From positions 13,273 to 77,272 of the forward strand of contig JBFMEU010000001.1 in the NCBI GenBank assembly GCA_040753155.1: a DNA stretch of 64,000 nt. Reading direction: 5' to 3'. The notes beneath the pieces were generated by a model. That model made no database searches. It worked only from the letters and a program-made list of their open reading frames with translations, and was not told the DNA's origin. The first letter of the stretch is position 1; the number at the start of each line of letters is the position of its first letter. This document shows, in pieces, positions 1-9,975 of the stretch. Both the position numbers and the translations under genes were made by a program. This DNA comes from Bacillota bacterium (GTDB lineage Bacteria; Bacillota; Desulfotomaculia; Desulfotomaculales; JBFMEU01).

Positions 1-999
1 CAGATCCAGCACCCGGTTGGAATAACCCCATTCGTTATCGTACCAGGCCACAACTTTTACCAGGTTCTCGCCAATAACCATGGTGGACAGGCCGTCCACA
101 ATGGAGGAATGCGGGTTGCCGTTGAAATCGCTGGATACCAGCGGCAGGCTGCAGTAATCCATGATCCCTTTCAGCTCTTTCCCGGCCGCCTCCCGCAGGG
201 CCTCATTGACCTCTTCCGCCTTAACCGGCCGGGAAAGCTCCGCCACCAGGTCCACCACCGACACATTGGACGTGGGCACCCGCATGGCAAACCCGTTCAA
301 CTTCCCCTCCAGTTCCGGCAGCACCGCGGACACCGCCCGGGCCGCGCCGGTGGTGGTGGGGATGATGGAAAGGTAGCCGGCCCTGCCCCGCCGCAGGTCC
401 CGGTGGGGCATATCCAGCATCTGCTGGTCATTGGTTACCGCGTGAACCGTAGTCATCAAGCCCTTTTCAATACCGAATTTTTCGTGCAGCACCTTGGCCA
501 CCGGCGCCAGGCAGTTGGTGGTACAGGAAGCGTTGCTCACCACCCGGTGGCGGCCGGGATCATACATGTGCTGGTTCACGCCTACAACAATCATTAATAC
601 ATTTTTGGCCGGGGCGGTAATAACCACCCTTTGGGCCCCGGCATCCAGATGGCTCCGGGCCCCGGTCACACTGGCCAGCTTGCCGGTGGACTCCACCACC
701 ACATCCACACCCATATCATACCAGGGCAATGCGGCGGGATCCAGCTCTGCAAACACTTTTATATTCTTGCCATTTACTGATATAATATCATCATATCCAT
801 TTATGTCATAATCCAGTATACCATGTATGGAGTCAAACTTTAATGTGTGGGCCAATGTTCCGGCATAGCTCTCATTTACCGGGAGCCTTCTGGACTTATG
901 GTTTATAGCCACAACCTCAAAATTATCCCTTTTGAGGGCAGCTCTAAGCACATTCCTTCCAATCCGGCCGAAACCATTAATCCCTATCCTTACGGCCAT
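1..999 (-). CDS. gap: glyceraldehyde-3-phosphate dehydrogenase (C-terminal end runs off the window)
   Basis: Absent from the ORF track because no stop lies in the window. My translation from ATG at 999-997 gives MAVRIGINGFGRIGRNVLRAALKRDNFEVVAIN. The window edge encodes VKVVAWYDNEWGYSNRVLDL, in frame (333 codons). Confidence 0.9.
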   Translation of the reverse strand, partial: MAVRIGINGFGRIGRNVLRAALKRDNFEVVAINHKSRRLPVNESYAGTLAHTLKFDSIHGILDYDINGYDDIISVNGKNIKVFAELDPAALPWYDMGVDVVVESTGKLASVTGARSHLDAGAQRVVITAPAKNVLMIVVGVNQHMYDPGRHRVVSNASCTTNCLAPVAKVLHEKFGIEKGLMTTVHAVTNDQQMLDMPHRDLRRGRAGYLSIIPTTTGAARAVSAVLPELEGKLNGFAMRVPTSNVSVVDLVAELSRPVKAEEVNEALREAAGKELKGIMDYCSLPLVSSDFNGNPHSSIVDGLSTMVIGENLVKVVAWYDNEWGYSNRVLDL

Positions 1000-1123
1000 T
1001 ATTACTACCCACTCCTTCCAATAGTATGCATTAGTCAATAAAAATTATTTAATTGTGATATACATTATTCGGTAAAGCGCCAATATTTCCTTCTTTTTTT
1101 CCCAATTTATATGATTTTTCATT

Positions 1124-1205
1124 TTATCTTCGCACAGCCTGTAAGACCCCGCCCTCTCAGGTCGGGGTCTTACAGGCTGTAAACTCGAAATAAGCGCGAC
1201 TAAGG
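1124..1205 (+). repeat. repeat family TTATCTTCGCACAGCCTGTAA..., full copy with a perfect 17-bp-stem hairpin (1135-1151 / 1163-1179)
   Basis: Shares TTATCTTC(G/A)CACAGCCTGTAA and ACTCGAAATAAG(C/T)GCGACTAAGG with 5031-5074, and its 5' part with 36611-36640. Confidence 0.8.
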
Positions 1206-1551
1206 AATTGGAGAGGACAAAAGGCTATGAGTTTAACCGCCAAAATTCAGGACCTATTGGATAAATCTCTGGCCGGAGAAGGGTTGACCTGGACAGAATA
1301 TTTCTATCGGCGGCATGGTGAGGAAAAGTATTCCGGAAAACATGCGTATGGTGGCAAATATAGGAGATTTTGGGCTGGAAGAAGCCGCCGCCCTATCGGC
1401 TGCGGCTCAAACAGGATTATGGATGTTTGAACATACTATCATATGGCGAGAATGGCCTCCAGGTTGTTACTATAAACTCTGTTCTCCTTATGAAAAGCTA
1501 AGCCAGCCGGCATGAATACCGGATCCAGGTCTCCTTTTCGCAATGGAAGAA

Positions 1552-2109
1552 TCATTTAAAAATGTCCTTCAGTTGTATTTCTAAGCCAGTTAACAGGAGA
1601 GAGGTTAGGGTTTCCTCCGCACCATAGGCTTGAAATAAATTCCAATTTTTCTCGCCTGGAACAAAAATCTCAACAACCTTACCATCGGGATCGACTATCC
1701 AGTATTCCTTTACCCCATGTTTGTAGTACAGCCTGCTTTTTTCGACTCTGTCCCTCTTGCTTGTGGATGGCGATAATATTTCAATGACTAAATCGGGTGC
1801 GCCCTGGACGTTCGTTTCGGTAATGATACTCAGACGTTCTTTTGATACGAACAAAATATCCGGCTGCGGCTTGTCTTTTTCGGTTAAAACAACATCCGTT
1901 GGAGCATCTAATATTTCGCCCAAATCATTTTTGCGGATAAAATCCGCAATAAACAAAACCAATCTTATTTTAATTCTCTGGTGTATAGTCCGTGGCGCTG
2001 GAACCAAAATTAACTTCCCCCCGATTAACTCATATTGGTTGTCATCATCTATTTTTAAATAGTCATCATAGGTATATGAAGCAGCAATAATATCAGTTTG
2101 CATGAACAA
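1552..2109 (-). CDS. Uma2-family (DUF820) putative endonuclease
   Basis: 185-aa ORF. Has YELIGGKLILVP..., PDILFVSKE... and APDLVIEILSPST...D...K...Y, the layout typical of Uma2/PD-(D/E)xK-like proteins. Confidence 0.75.
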   Translation of the reverse strand: MFMQTDIIAASYTYDDYLKIDDDNQYELIGGKLILVPAPRTIHQRIKIRLVLFIADFIRKNDLGEILDAPTDVVLTEKDKPQPDILFVSKERLSIITETNVQGAPDLVIEILSPSTSKRDRVEKSRLYYKHGVKEYWIVDPDGKVVEIFVPGEKNWNLFQAYGAEETLTSLLLTGLEIQLKDIFK

Positions 2110-2188
2110 CCCTCCTTTACCTAAAGCCTACCTTTTTGGATAAAAATTGTCAAGCCAGGGTTTTGGAGTTATAGTAAGGTTATAGTAA

Positions 2189-3607
2189 TTAATAACGCTT
2201 TCTCTTTCTGATGGGCTGAATCCCCAGTTCGTCACGGTACTTTGCCACCGTGCGGCGGGATATCCGGATGCCCTTTTCCCTGAACAGGTCCGATATCTTC
2301 TGGTCATTTAGCGGCGCCTTAGTGTTTTCGGCATCCACCATCTCCTGCAGCATTTTTTTAATGCTCTCCACCGAAGTCATGGTACCGGCAGTGTTATTAA
2401 GGCCGGTGGAAAAGAAGAATTTCATTTCTAAAACGCCCTGGGGCGTCTGAATGTATTTGTTTGAGGTGGCCCGGCTTACGGTAGACTCGTGCAGCCTCAC
2501 TATGTCGGCCACTGTTTTTAAATTCAAAGGTTTCAAGTACTTAATGCCGTAATCAAGGAAATCCCTCTGCAAGTTAACCAGGCACTGGGCTACCTTGTAC
2601 AAGGTGAGCCGGCGCTGTTCAATGCTGCGGATCAGCCAGGCGGCCGCATTGAGCTTGCTTTCCACAAAACGCCTGGTTTTGGGATCATCCCCCTTATCCT
2701 GGCTGAGTACCGAGCGGTAAGTGGAGTTAATGATAAGCCTGGGCATTGAATTATCGTTGACAATAATTAAGTACTCTCCCTCAACCTTTTCCAGCACTAT
2801 ATCCGGCGTGATATAGCGGATATCCTGGGGGCTGGAAAAACACCGGCCCGGCTTGGGGTCCAGGGTCCTGATCAGATCGGCGGCCCGCTGCACCTCCTGA
2901 ACGGGCACATTCAGGCTATGAGACATGCGGTTCAGCTTACCCTTGGCCAGGTCCACCAGGTAACCCTTGATTATTTGATTAACCAGGGGATCATTGATGC
3001 CCAGGTGGGCCACCTGGATTAATAAGCATTCCTGCAGCGTGCGCGCCCCAACGCCCGGCGGATCGAAGTTCTGGATTACCCCCAGCACCCGCTCAATCAG
3101 CGCCTGGGACTGGCCCAACTGCAACGCCGCCTCCTCAACACTGCATTGCAGGTAACCATACTGGTCCATGTTGCCAATCAGGTATTCCCCGGCCAATCTT
3201 TCCCTGCCCTTAAGGCTGGTCAGGCTGAGCTGCATCATCAAATGCCCGGCCAGGGTGGGGGCCTGACTCAAGAAATTCTCATAGCTGTATTCCCGGTCCT
3301 CCCCCTGCTTTTCCCCCCTGAGTACACCCAGGTCACTGCTGTCTTGAAAGTAGTCCTCCCAGTCCAGATCATATTCCCGCCGGGGTTCCTCATCAACCTC
3401 AGGCTCCTCAAGTTCCGCCTCCGCCTGCTCAACCCTGTCCCCCTCCTCTTCACCCAGCTCCAGCAGTGGGTTTTCCTGCAACTGCTTCTGAATGTAGGTG
3501 GTGAGCTCCAGGGAAGACAACTGCAAAACGGTAATGGCCTGGCGCAGTTCAGGGGTCATGATTAATTTTTGTGTTTGTTCGATGCTAAGCCCATAACCCA
3601 TGCGCAT
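2189..3607 (-). CDS. rpoN: RNA polymerase sigma-54 factor
   Basis: 472-aa ORF. N-terminus is LIMTPELRQAITVLQLSSLEL, followed by an acidic linker. C-terminal RpoN box is RLHESTVSRATSNKYIQTPQGVLEMKFFF. Confidence 0.95.
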   Translation of the reverse strand: MRMGYGLSIEQTQKLIMTPELRQAITVLQLSSLELTTYIQKQLQENPLLELGEEEGDRVEQAEAELEEPEVDEEPRREYDLDWEDYFQDSSDLGVLRGEKQGEDREYSYENFLSQAPTLAGHLMMQLSLTSLKGRERLAGEYLIGNMDQYGYLQCSVEEAALQLGQSQALIERVLGVIQNFDPPGVGARTLQECLLIQVAHLGINDPLVNQIIKGYLVDLAKGKLNRMSHSLNVPVQEVQRAADLIRTLDPKPGRCFSSPQDIRYITPDIVLEKVEGEYLIIVNDNSMPRLIINSTYRSVLSQDKGDDPKTRRFVESKLNAAAWLIRSIEQRRLTLYKVAQCLVNLQRDFLDYGIKYLKPLNLKTVADIVRLHESTVSRATSNKYIQTPQGVLEMKFFFSTGLNNTAGTMTSVESIKKMLQEMVDAENTKAPLNDQKISDLFREKGIRISRRTVAKYRDELGIQPIRKRKRY

Positions 3608-3696
3608 TAGCCGTCACTCCTGTCTCCTTTGGCTGCTGTCTTAAAAATCTGAAAATTAGTATTTTTACCCCTCTGCTGACGCCCGCTTCGGCGGCT

Positions 3697-3753
3697 TGAA
3701 CAAGACTTCATTCAGAGGGGGATTCAACCCCCTCTGAATGTTAGCCGAGTCCA
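3697..3753 (+). repeat. partial copy (first hairpin only) of the 134-nt structured repeat
   Basis: TGAACAAGACTTCATTCAGAGGGGGATTCAACCCCCTCTGAATGTTAGCCGAGTCCA is identical to the 5' part of 58161-58294. Confidence 0.85.
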
Positions 3754-3950
3754 GTGTTGAATGCTATCTGGTTAATTAACAGATAATACTGTGATTTTTG
3801 TCTTATTAACTTCTCTGGCCTAACTTCTCCGGCCCGCCGTTCTTTTCCTGCTTGAATCAGTTTCTGGCAGGATTTACAAACCCGGGACACCATGACCGCC
3901 TTCGCCGGCAGGCCGGCAACCCTCCCGGGGATCCCGGCGCCATCAAGGGA

Positions 3951-4886
3951 TTAGGGCCGCATTTTTTCAGCTATTTTTTCTAGCTTGCGCAACCTGTGGT
4001 TAACCCCGGACTTGCCCACCGGCGGCTGCATTAGCTCCCCCAGTTCCTTGAGGCTGGCATCAGGGTTTTTCAGGCGCAGCGCCGCCATCTCCCGGAGCGA
4101 CGGGGGCAGTTTATTCAGGCCGATGGACCGGGCAATGACCTGAATAGAATCAATTTGCCGCACCGAGGCATTAACTGTTTTATTCAAGTTGGCCGTCTCG
4201 CAATTAACCAGCCTGTTCACATGGTTACGCATATCTTTAAAAATCCGAATATTCTCAAAGTTCAGCAAAGCAGTATGGGCGCCCATGATATTAAGGCAGC
4301 TCACTATTTGCTCACTTTCCTTTAAATAAACCACATGCCACTTCTTACGGTAACTGATTTTGGCCGCCAAATCAAATTTCTTCATCAGACGGGCCAGGTC
4401 TTTGGCATGGCGCTGGTTATTGGTAACTATCTCCAGGTGATAGGCGCCTTTGGGGCTGTTGACCGAGCCCCCGCCCAGAAAGGCCCCCCGCAAATATGAC
4501 CGCCGGCAGCAATCCCGGCGAACGAGGTCCTCCAGCATACTCTCCAGCAGGTTGCCCTCGCCGTCCAACATCCCCAGGCGCTCCAGGATACCTGCAGCCC
4601 CCTCCCGGGGGGCAATGCGCACCAGATAAACATTATTCTTGCGCAAGCGAACTTTCTTGCTCACCAGCACCTCGGTATGCACCCCGAAGATTTCCTTGAA
4701 CAGGACAAAAATTTTTCTGGCCACAGCTGCGTTTTCCGTAACAATATGCAAGTTGGCGCGCCTGCCGCTGCTCAACTGCAGCGTGCCGTCCATTTTAACC
4801 AGGGCGGCCAGTTCCGCCAGGCGGCAGCACTCCCGGGCGGCCGTTACCCTGGCCAGTTCATTCTTGGTTACCACAGAAAAACTCAC
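3951..4886 (-). CDS. whiA: DNA-binding sporulation/cell-division regulator WhiA
   Basis: 311-aa ORF starting [15 protein letters not shown]-terminal HTH ([16 protein letters not shown]). Lies directly downstream of rapZ-yvcK, as in Firmicutes. Confidence 0.9.
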   Translation of the reverse strand: MSFSVVTKNELARVTAARECCRLAELAALVKMDGTLQLSSGRRANLHIVTENAAVARKIFVLFKEIFGVHTEVLVSKKVRLRKNNVYLVRIAPREGAAGILERLGMLDGEGNLLESMLEDLVRRDCCRRSYLRGAFLGGGSVNSPKGAYHLEIVTNNQRHAKDLARLMKKFDLAAKISYRKKWHVVYLKESEQIVSCLNIMGAHTALLNFENIRIFKDMRNHVNRLVNCETANLNKTVNASVRQIDSIQVIARSIGLNKLPPSLREMAALRLKNPDASLKELGELMQPPVGKSGVNHRLRKLEKIAEKMRP

Positions 4887-5030
4887 CGACGGTCACCCGC
4901 TTTCCACACAAATATTATACCACAACAAATGCAATAAACCCAGGAAGAACCTGGGTTATGTCGCCCGGGGGAAACTTAAGTTAAAATTCTGCGCTGACCG
5001 GGCCCAAATTATGACTGGCCGGCCCGGGTT

Positions 5031-5074
5031 TTATCTTCGCACAGCCTGTAAACTCGAAATAAGTGCGACTAAGG
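5031..5074 (+). repeat. short copy of the TTATCTTCGCACAGCCTGTAA family (internal hairpin deleted)
   Basis: Matches 1124-1143 and 1180-1205 joined at the CAG(C/G)CTGTAA direct repeat. Confidence 0.8.
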
Positions 5075-5085
5075 TTTAGCGGTCA

Positions 5086-5116
5086 GGGAACACACCTCCT
5101 TCGGAGGAATGTCTCC
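5086..5116 (-). repeat. 31-nt hairpin element GGGAACACACCTCCTTCGGAGGAATGTCTCC
   Basis: Reverse complement of 61644-61674 with about 3 mismatches. Confidence 0.7.
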
Positions 5117-5126
5117 AACGTATGGG

Positions 5127-6449
5127 TTAAAACCCCTCCTGAACCAAGTCTTCTTTATCCTGGCGGTGCTTCTGACCGTTTTCCGCCGCCTGCATAATCT
5201 GATACATCAGCAGGCGGGCCAGGCGCCGGGGATGGTGCCGCACCACGTTGCCGTCCTGCACCAGGCGGCCGGCCAGGAGCTTAACCCCCATGGCCTTGAG
5301 CTCATCTTCATCCACCGCAACTAAAGCGGCGCCCTCCCTGCGGTAGCGGGCCGAGACCCAGAAGGGAATTTCCTCCCTGTTCACCACCATATAATCGGGC
5401 AGCGGCCCGCCGTGGTCCAAAATAGCCTTCAGGTGGTCTGATGCGGTATAGCCGTCGGTTTCCCCCGGCTGGGTCATGATATTGCAAATATAGATTTTCA
5501 AAGCCGGTGTATCGTTAATGGCACCGGCTAGGCCCTGCACCAAAAGGTTGGGCAGAATGCTGGTGTACAGGCTGCCGGGGCCCAGAATCACAGCGTCGGC
5601 TTCACGAATGGCCAGCAGGGCCTCCTCGGGGGGAAAGCACCGGGCCGGCTCAAGGAAAACCCGCTTGATGGGCCTTTTACTGGCGGGTATACTGGACTCC
5701 CCCTTCACCACCGAGCCGTCGGCCAGCTCGGCGCAAAGCTGCACATGGGCCAGGGTGGCCGGCAGTACCTGACCCCGGATAGCCAGCACCTTGCTCAGAC
5801 TGCGCACGGCCCGGTCAAACCCGCCGGCGGTTTCGTTAAGGGCGGCCAGCAGCAGGTTGCCCATATTGTGGCCGGCCAACTCCCCCTTGCGAAACCGGTA
5901 TTGCAGCAACTCCTCCATCAAAGGCTCGGTGTCAGCCAGGGCCACCAGGCAATTCCTGATGTCACCCGGGGGCAGCATGCCCAGGTCCCCCCGCAGGCGC
6001 CCGGAGCTGCCCCCGTCATCGGCGACAGTTACTACGGCGGTAAGGTTGCTGGTATACTCCTTAAGGCCTCTGAGCAGCACCGGCAGGCCGGTTCCCCCGC
6101 CCACAACAACCACCTTCGGCCCCCGCTGCAGGTAACGGCGGAAATACACCATATCCACCACCCGGTGTTCGTCCTCGGGCAGCAGGGCATTAACCAGGGA
6201 GCCGAACCCCCGGCGCAGCCCCCAGACCATCAGCACCAGTCCCGCCAGAAATAAACCGGCGCCTGCCAGCCAGGCCAAATCAGCCCCCGGCAGGGTTTCA
6301 CTCCAGGCATCCGCTGCTTGCCGCAGACCGGGCGCGGCAGCCCCGGCCCAAAGAACGGCACCGGCCAGGGAAATCACAAAACCTGTCACGGACAGACTTA
6401 GCCAGCGTTTGATACCCATACCCGGTAACAGCCACTTAAAAGAATTCAT
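5127..6449 (-). CDS. yvcK: YvcK-type gluconeogenesis factor (CofD-like, UPF0052) with N-terminal membrane extension
   Basis: Motifs VVVVGGGTGLPVLLRGLK and VTVADDGGSSGRLRGDLGMLPPGDIRN. About 100 hydrophobic N-terminal residues. Confidence 0.88.
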   Translation of the reverse strand: MNSFKWLLPGMGIKRWLSLSVTGFVISLAGAVLWAGAAAPGLRQAADAWSETLPGADLAWLAGAGLFLAGLVLMVWGLRRGFGSLVNALLPEDEHRVVDMVYFRRYLQRGPKVVVVGGGTGLPVLLRGLKEYTSNLTAVVTVADDGGSSGRLRGDLGMLPPGDIRNCLVALADTEPLMEELLQYRFRKGELAGHNMGNLLLAALNETAGGFDRAVRSLSKVLAIRGQVLPATLAHVQLCAELADGSVVKGESSIPASKRPIKRVFLEPARCFPPEEALLAIREADAVILGPGSLYTSILPNLLVQGLAGAINDTPALKIYICNIMTQPGETDGYTASDHLKAILDHGGPLPDYMVVNREEIPFWVSARYRREGAALVAVDEDELKAMGVKLLAGRLVQDGNVVRHHPRRLARLLMYQIMQAAENGQKHRQDKEDLVQEGF

Positions 6450-6493
6450 CCGTCCAACTCCTTGCTGGCTGAATAATGCAGTGACTCCGCAAA

Positions 6494-7366
6494 TCAGGGG
6501 TGGGCAATGTCCCGGTGCCGGACCGCAACCCGGTAGTCTTTACCCTGGAGCAGCTCATACAGCCTGTTGGCCAGGGACACCGAGCGGTGCATCCCGCCGG
6601 TACAGCCAATGGCTATAGTCAGGGTGGCTTTCCCCTCCTTAATGTATTGAGGGATCAGGAACTCAATAAGTTCCATAAATCTTTGCATAAATTGAGAAGT
6701 TGCGGCGTGCCCGAAAACAAAGTCCCGCACTTTTTGGTCGTTGCCTGTCAGCTGGCGCAAATCCGGAATGTAATGGGGATTGGGCAAGAAGCGAACATCG
6801 ATGACCAAATCGCTGTCCAGGGGCAGGCCGTACTTGTAGCCAAAGGTAACCAGGGTTATAAGCAGCCTTGACGGCCCGGCTTCCTCCCCAAAGACAGACC
6901 CGATCTCTTCCCTCAGCTGCTGGGGGGTGAGGTCGCTGGTGTCAATGATTTTGCTGGCCTTGCCCCGCAGTTCCTGTAATAGGGCCCGCTCCCGCCTGAT
7001 ATCGCTTAAAACGTCCCCGGTGCGCAGGGGATGATGCCGGCGGGTTTCCTTGTACCGCCGCACCAGGGTTTCATCGGACGCCTCCAGAAACAGCACCTCG
7101 TACTTGATCCCCCGGCTGTCCAGATCACCCAGTACCTCAAAAAGGGTGTCAAAAAACTCGCCGCCCCTTATATCCACTGCTAGGGCTATATTATTAATCT
7201 GCCGGTCCGACTGTGCACAAAGCTCGGTGAATTTGGGGATCAGGGCCGGGGGCAGGTTGTCCACACAGAAATAATTCAAATCCTCAAGGCTGTGCATGGC
7301 CTGAGTTTTCCCGGCCCCGGAAAGGCCGGTCACAATTACCATCTTCCTCACTTTACCAGCTCCCAT
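6494..7366 (-). CDS. rapZ: RNase adapter / nucleotide-binding protein RapZ (YvcJ)
   Basis: P-loop [14 protein letters not shown], then NLPPALIP and a C-terminal [10 protein letters not shown] motif. The ORF track starts at 7456. I prefer the internal ATG at 7366 (or 7342) because family members are about 285-295 aa. Confidence 0.85.
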   Translation of the reverse strand: MGAGKVRKMVIVTGLSGAGKTQAMHSLEDLNYFCVDNLPPALIPKFTELCAQSDRQINNIALAVDIRGGEFFDTLFEVLGDLDSRGIKYEVLFLEASDETLVRRYKETRRHHPLRTGDVLSDIRRERALLQELRGKASKIIDTSDLTPQQLREEIGSVFGEEAGPSRLLITLVTFGYKYGLPLDSDLVIDVRFLPNPHYIPDLRQLTGNDQKVRDFVFGHAATSQFMQRFMELIEFLIPQYIKEGKATLTIAIGCTGGMHRSVSLANRLYELLQGKDYRVAVRHRDIAHP

Positions 7367-7415
7367 ATTAATTATTATGTATAATTCCACTGCAAAAAGG
7401 GGGCTTTTTTTCTTC

Positions 7416-7622
7416 TCATTTTCCCTTTTTTTTAGAACAGGAAAAGGGAGTCTCATCTATTTTACAAAACACCTGCTCATAGAAAAGGGGCGCCCAAGTT
7501 CCCTGCAAACTGGCCTGTATCTTTGGATTCATCCATGAGCAGCTATTAAATAGTTCTTGTTGTAAGGGGTCTTTGTTTTTCCGGAACATCTGCCCCCCCT
7601 GGATCACATTTTGTTGGTTCAT
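7416..7622 (-). pseudogene. possible N-terminal remnant of a DDE transposase
   Basis: The 68-aa ORF contains [22 protein letters not shown]. This resembles the SWAxxFxxxxFPxIDExPF N-terminal motif of some IS4-like transposases. No catalytic domain follows. Confidence 0.3.
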
Positions 7623-7974
7623 CAGCTGGTATCTCTTGATATTTACAGTACACTTCGATATCCAACCTTATTTTTCCTCTTAAATGATATTCATCACCAC
7701 AACTTTTCATTAACGTCCCTGGCTTTGCGCTTGCTTCGTTCTTATATTTAATCAAGATTTGGCATCTGGCAGGGGCCCTCTTCTCAAAGAGTGCCCCTGC
7801 CAGGTATAAATGACCAATTTAGAATTTCTGACGGGGAGTTGACACTATGAGTTCCTTTTCATCCCGTAAAATATTTTACAGGAAAAAGCCCGCCCGGGTT
7901 GTACATTTATGATTACCAGGCAAGGCTTTTTAATATTCATAAAATTCAGGATATAGCCAAAGGTTTCCATAAAT

Positions 7975-8010
7975 CATATATTCTCGGGGCATTCTGAATT
8001 CTGACTCCTG
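7975..8010 (+). repeat. 36-nt terminal fragment of the four-helix-bundle MITE family
   Basis: CATATTCTCGGGGCATTCTGAATTCTGACTCCTG equals the reverse complement of 19313-19346 and resembles 51871-51893. Confidence 0.7.
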
Positions 8011-8210
8011 TCACAGCAGCGTAACCGTTAATGCTTCAGACTTCCCAACTGGTATGACCGAACAATGGAAAGAGGTGATTATCTTAATGATTTATCCAGA
8101 ATGCATGAGAGTTTAGTGCTAAATATAGGAACAAGCTGTACGGGAACCAGGAAGCTTGCAAAATTGGCAAGCAAGTACATGGCATTAATTAATGGAGGGA
8201 GAAAATACAT

Positions 8211-9809
8211 TTGAAACTGAAAATTGTGCATAAAATAGGACTTGGGTATGGCGTAATGCTGGTACTGATTCTATTACTGGCCGGCTATTCCTTTATCTCT
8301 ACAAATACTTTAGGCAACAATCTGGACAGAGTTGATGATGCGAGCCAGAAGATGATTATGAAGAACCACGTGGAGATTGAGTTTCACCAGGCGGTTGCGG
8401 CTATTCGGGCGTATATAGCTTATGGTCGAGACGCCCATCATGAGACATACATGGAAAGGATGACCGCAGCCCTGGAGTTGGAGAACCAATTACTCAGCAT
8501 GGTGGACGGGGAAACGCGTAATGAGGTGCAACGCCTGATCCAGGCAACGGAGACCTACCACCGGGGGGTCAGTGGTGAACTGGCGTCAGCGGTAAAAAGA
8601 CAGTACCAGGCACAGGCCGCCGGCGACATGGCCCTGGCAGCTGAGGAAGCGGCCGAGGTGCAGCGCATAGCCGGCGAGTATGTACCCATAGCCCAGGAAA
8701 TAACCGGTATTCTGCGAACTCTTGAGGCTGATAAAAAAGAGATTTTAATCACTGCCCTAGCTGATGCCGACAGCACAGCTGCCGGCATCAGCAGGACTTC
8801 GTTGGTACTGGGGATTATCGCTATGGTTTTAGGTATAGCGCTAAGCTTGCTCCTGACCCGCTCCTTAAAGAATCCCATCGTGGCCATGGGTGGCGGGGCC
8901 CAGCTTTTCGCCCAGGGGGATTTCAGGAACCGCATCAATGTTAATACTTCTGACGAAGTGGGCGATCTGGCCAGGTCCCTGAACACCATGGCAGATGAGT
9001 TAAGCAAATTAATCTCCAGGGTTATTGAAAACGCCCAGACCGTGGCCGCCCACAGCGAAGAATTGGCCGCCTCGGGTGAAGAGGTTAGCGCCACCATTGA
9101 AGAAGTAGCCAGCACCACCAACGAGGTGGCTGCCATTGCCGCCAAGAATGTGTTCAACGCCAATACCGCTGCCTCGGAATCCGAGAAGATGGGCCTGGTG
9201 GCCCGGGAGGGCAATGAAACAGTTAAGCAAACGGTGGAGAAAATCCATTCCATTTCCGAGTCCACCGCCGCCGTGGGCGATGCGGTGAAAAACCTGGGTA
9301 AGCTCTCCACCCAGATTGGCAATATCACCAATGTGATTACCGGTATTGCCGAGCAGACCAACCTGCTGGCCCTGAACGCCGCTATCGAAGCTGCCCGGGC
9401 CGGTGAACAGGGGAGAGGCTTTGCCGTGGTGGCTGAAGAGGTTCGCAAACTGGCCGAGCAGTCAGCCGGGGCCGCCAAGGAGATTACCCAACTGATCAAC
9501 CAAATCCAGTCCGGTGTTGACGTGGCTGTAAGATCCATGGAGCACGGGGCTGAAGAGGTAAACCAAGGTGTTAAGCTGGCCTCCCAGGCCGGTGTGGCCC
9601 TCGATAATATTAATCAGGCCATCCAGGACAGTATTTCCCTGGTCAGGGACATAGCCACCGGTTCTGAGCAAACCAGTGAGGACACCCAGCAGTTGTCGGC
9701 GGCCAACGAGCAAGTTACCTCAACCATTCAGCAGATTTCCTCCGCCTCCCAAGAGTTGGCCAGGATTGCCGGGGACCTGCAAGTGTCTGTTGAAAAATTC
9801 AAAGTGTAA
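8211..9809 (+). CDS. methyl-accepting chemotaxis protein
   Basis: 532-aa ORF with a TTG start. Two TM segments flank a helical sensor. HAMP domain ([18 protein letters not shown]). Signalling hairpin [38 protein letters not shown]. Confidence 0.93.
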   Translation: MKLKIVHKIGLGYGVMLVLILLLAGYSFISTNTLGNNLDRVDDASQKMIMKNHVEIEFHQAVAAIRAYIAYGRDAHHETYMERMTAALELENQLLSMVDGETRNEVQRLIQATETYHRGVSGELASAVKRQYQAQAAGDMALAAEEAAEVQRIAGEYVPIAQEITGILRTLEADKKEILITALADADSTAAGISRTSLVLGIIAMVLGIALSLLLTRSLKNPIVAMGGGAQLFAQGDFRNRINVNTSDEVGDLARSLNTMADELSKLISRVIENAQTVAAHSEELAASGEEVSATIEEVASTTNEVAAIAAKNVFNANTAASESEKMGLVAREGNETVKQTVEKIHSISESTAAVGDAVKNLGKLSTQIGNITNVITGIAEQTNLLALNAAIEAARAGEQGRGFAVVAEEVRKLAEQSAGAAKEITQLINQIQSGVDVAVRSMEHGAEEVNQGVKLASQAGVALDNINQAIQDSISLVRDIATGSEQTSEDTQQLSAANEQVTSTIQQISSASQELARIAGDLQVSVEKFKV

Positions 9810-9975
9810 TGGGGATGGCGCCAGGCGCCTTACTTATTAACTTATTGCCTTGCCGAGAAGGCAGCAGCTTATTTACCTATTTTACAGCAAAAGGTTGTTA
9901 TTGTTTACAGAAAGTGTTATGATGATGAAAATATTCCCATTGCCGGATACTGAAATTTCTTTTTGGGGGTGTATC

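Noticed and set aside
1227-1515. Two overlapping 66-67-aa ORFs upstream of gap (possible frameshifted gene)
   Set aside because: No recognisable motif in either frame and no convincing RBS. Left unannotated.
5060-5120. Group II intron 5' end (GTGCGAC)
   Set aside because: There is no domain V/VI-like structure, no IEP/RT ORF and no 3' AY boundary. The sequence belongs to a short dispersed repeat.
7546-7755. 69-aa - strand ORF in the rapZ-MCP spacer
   Set aside because: AT-rich region, no RBS and no motif. Probably non-coding DNA next to the transposase-like remnant.
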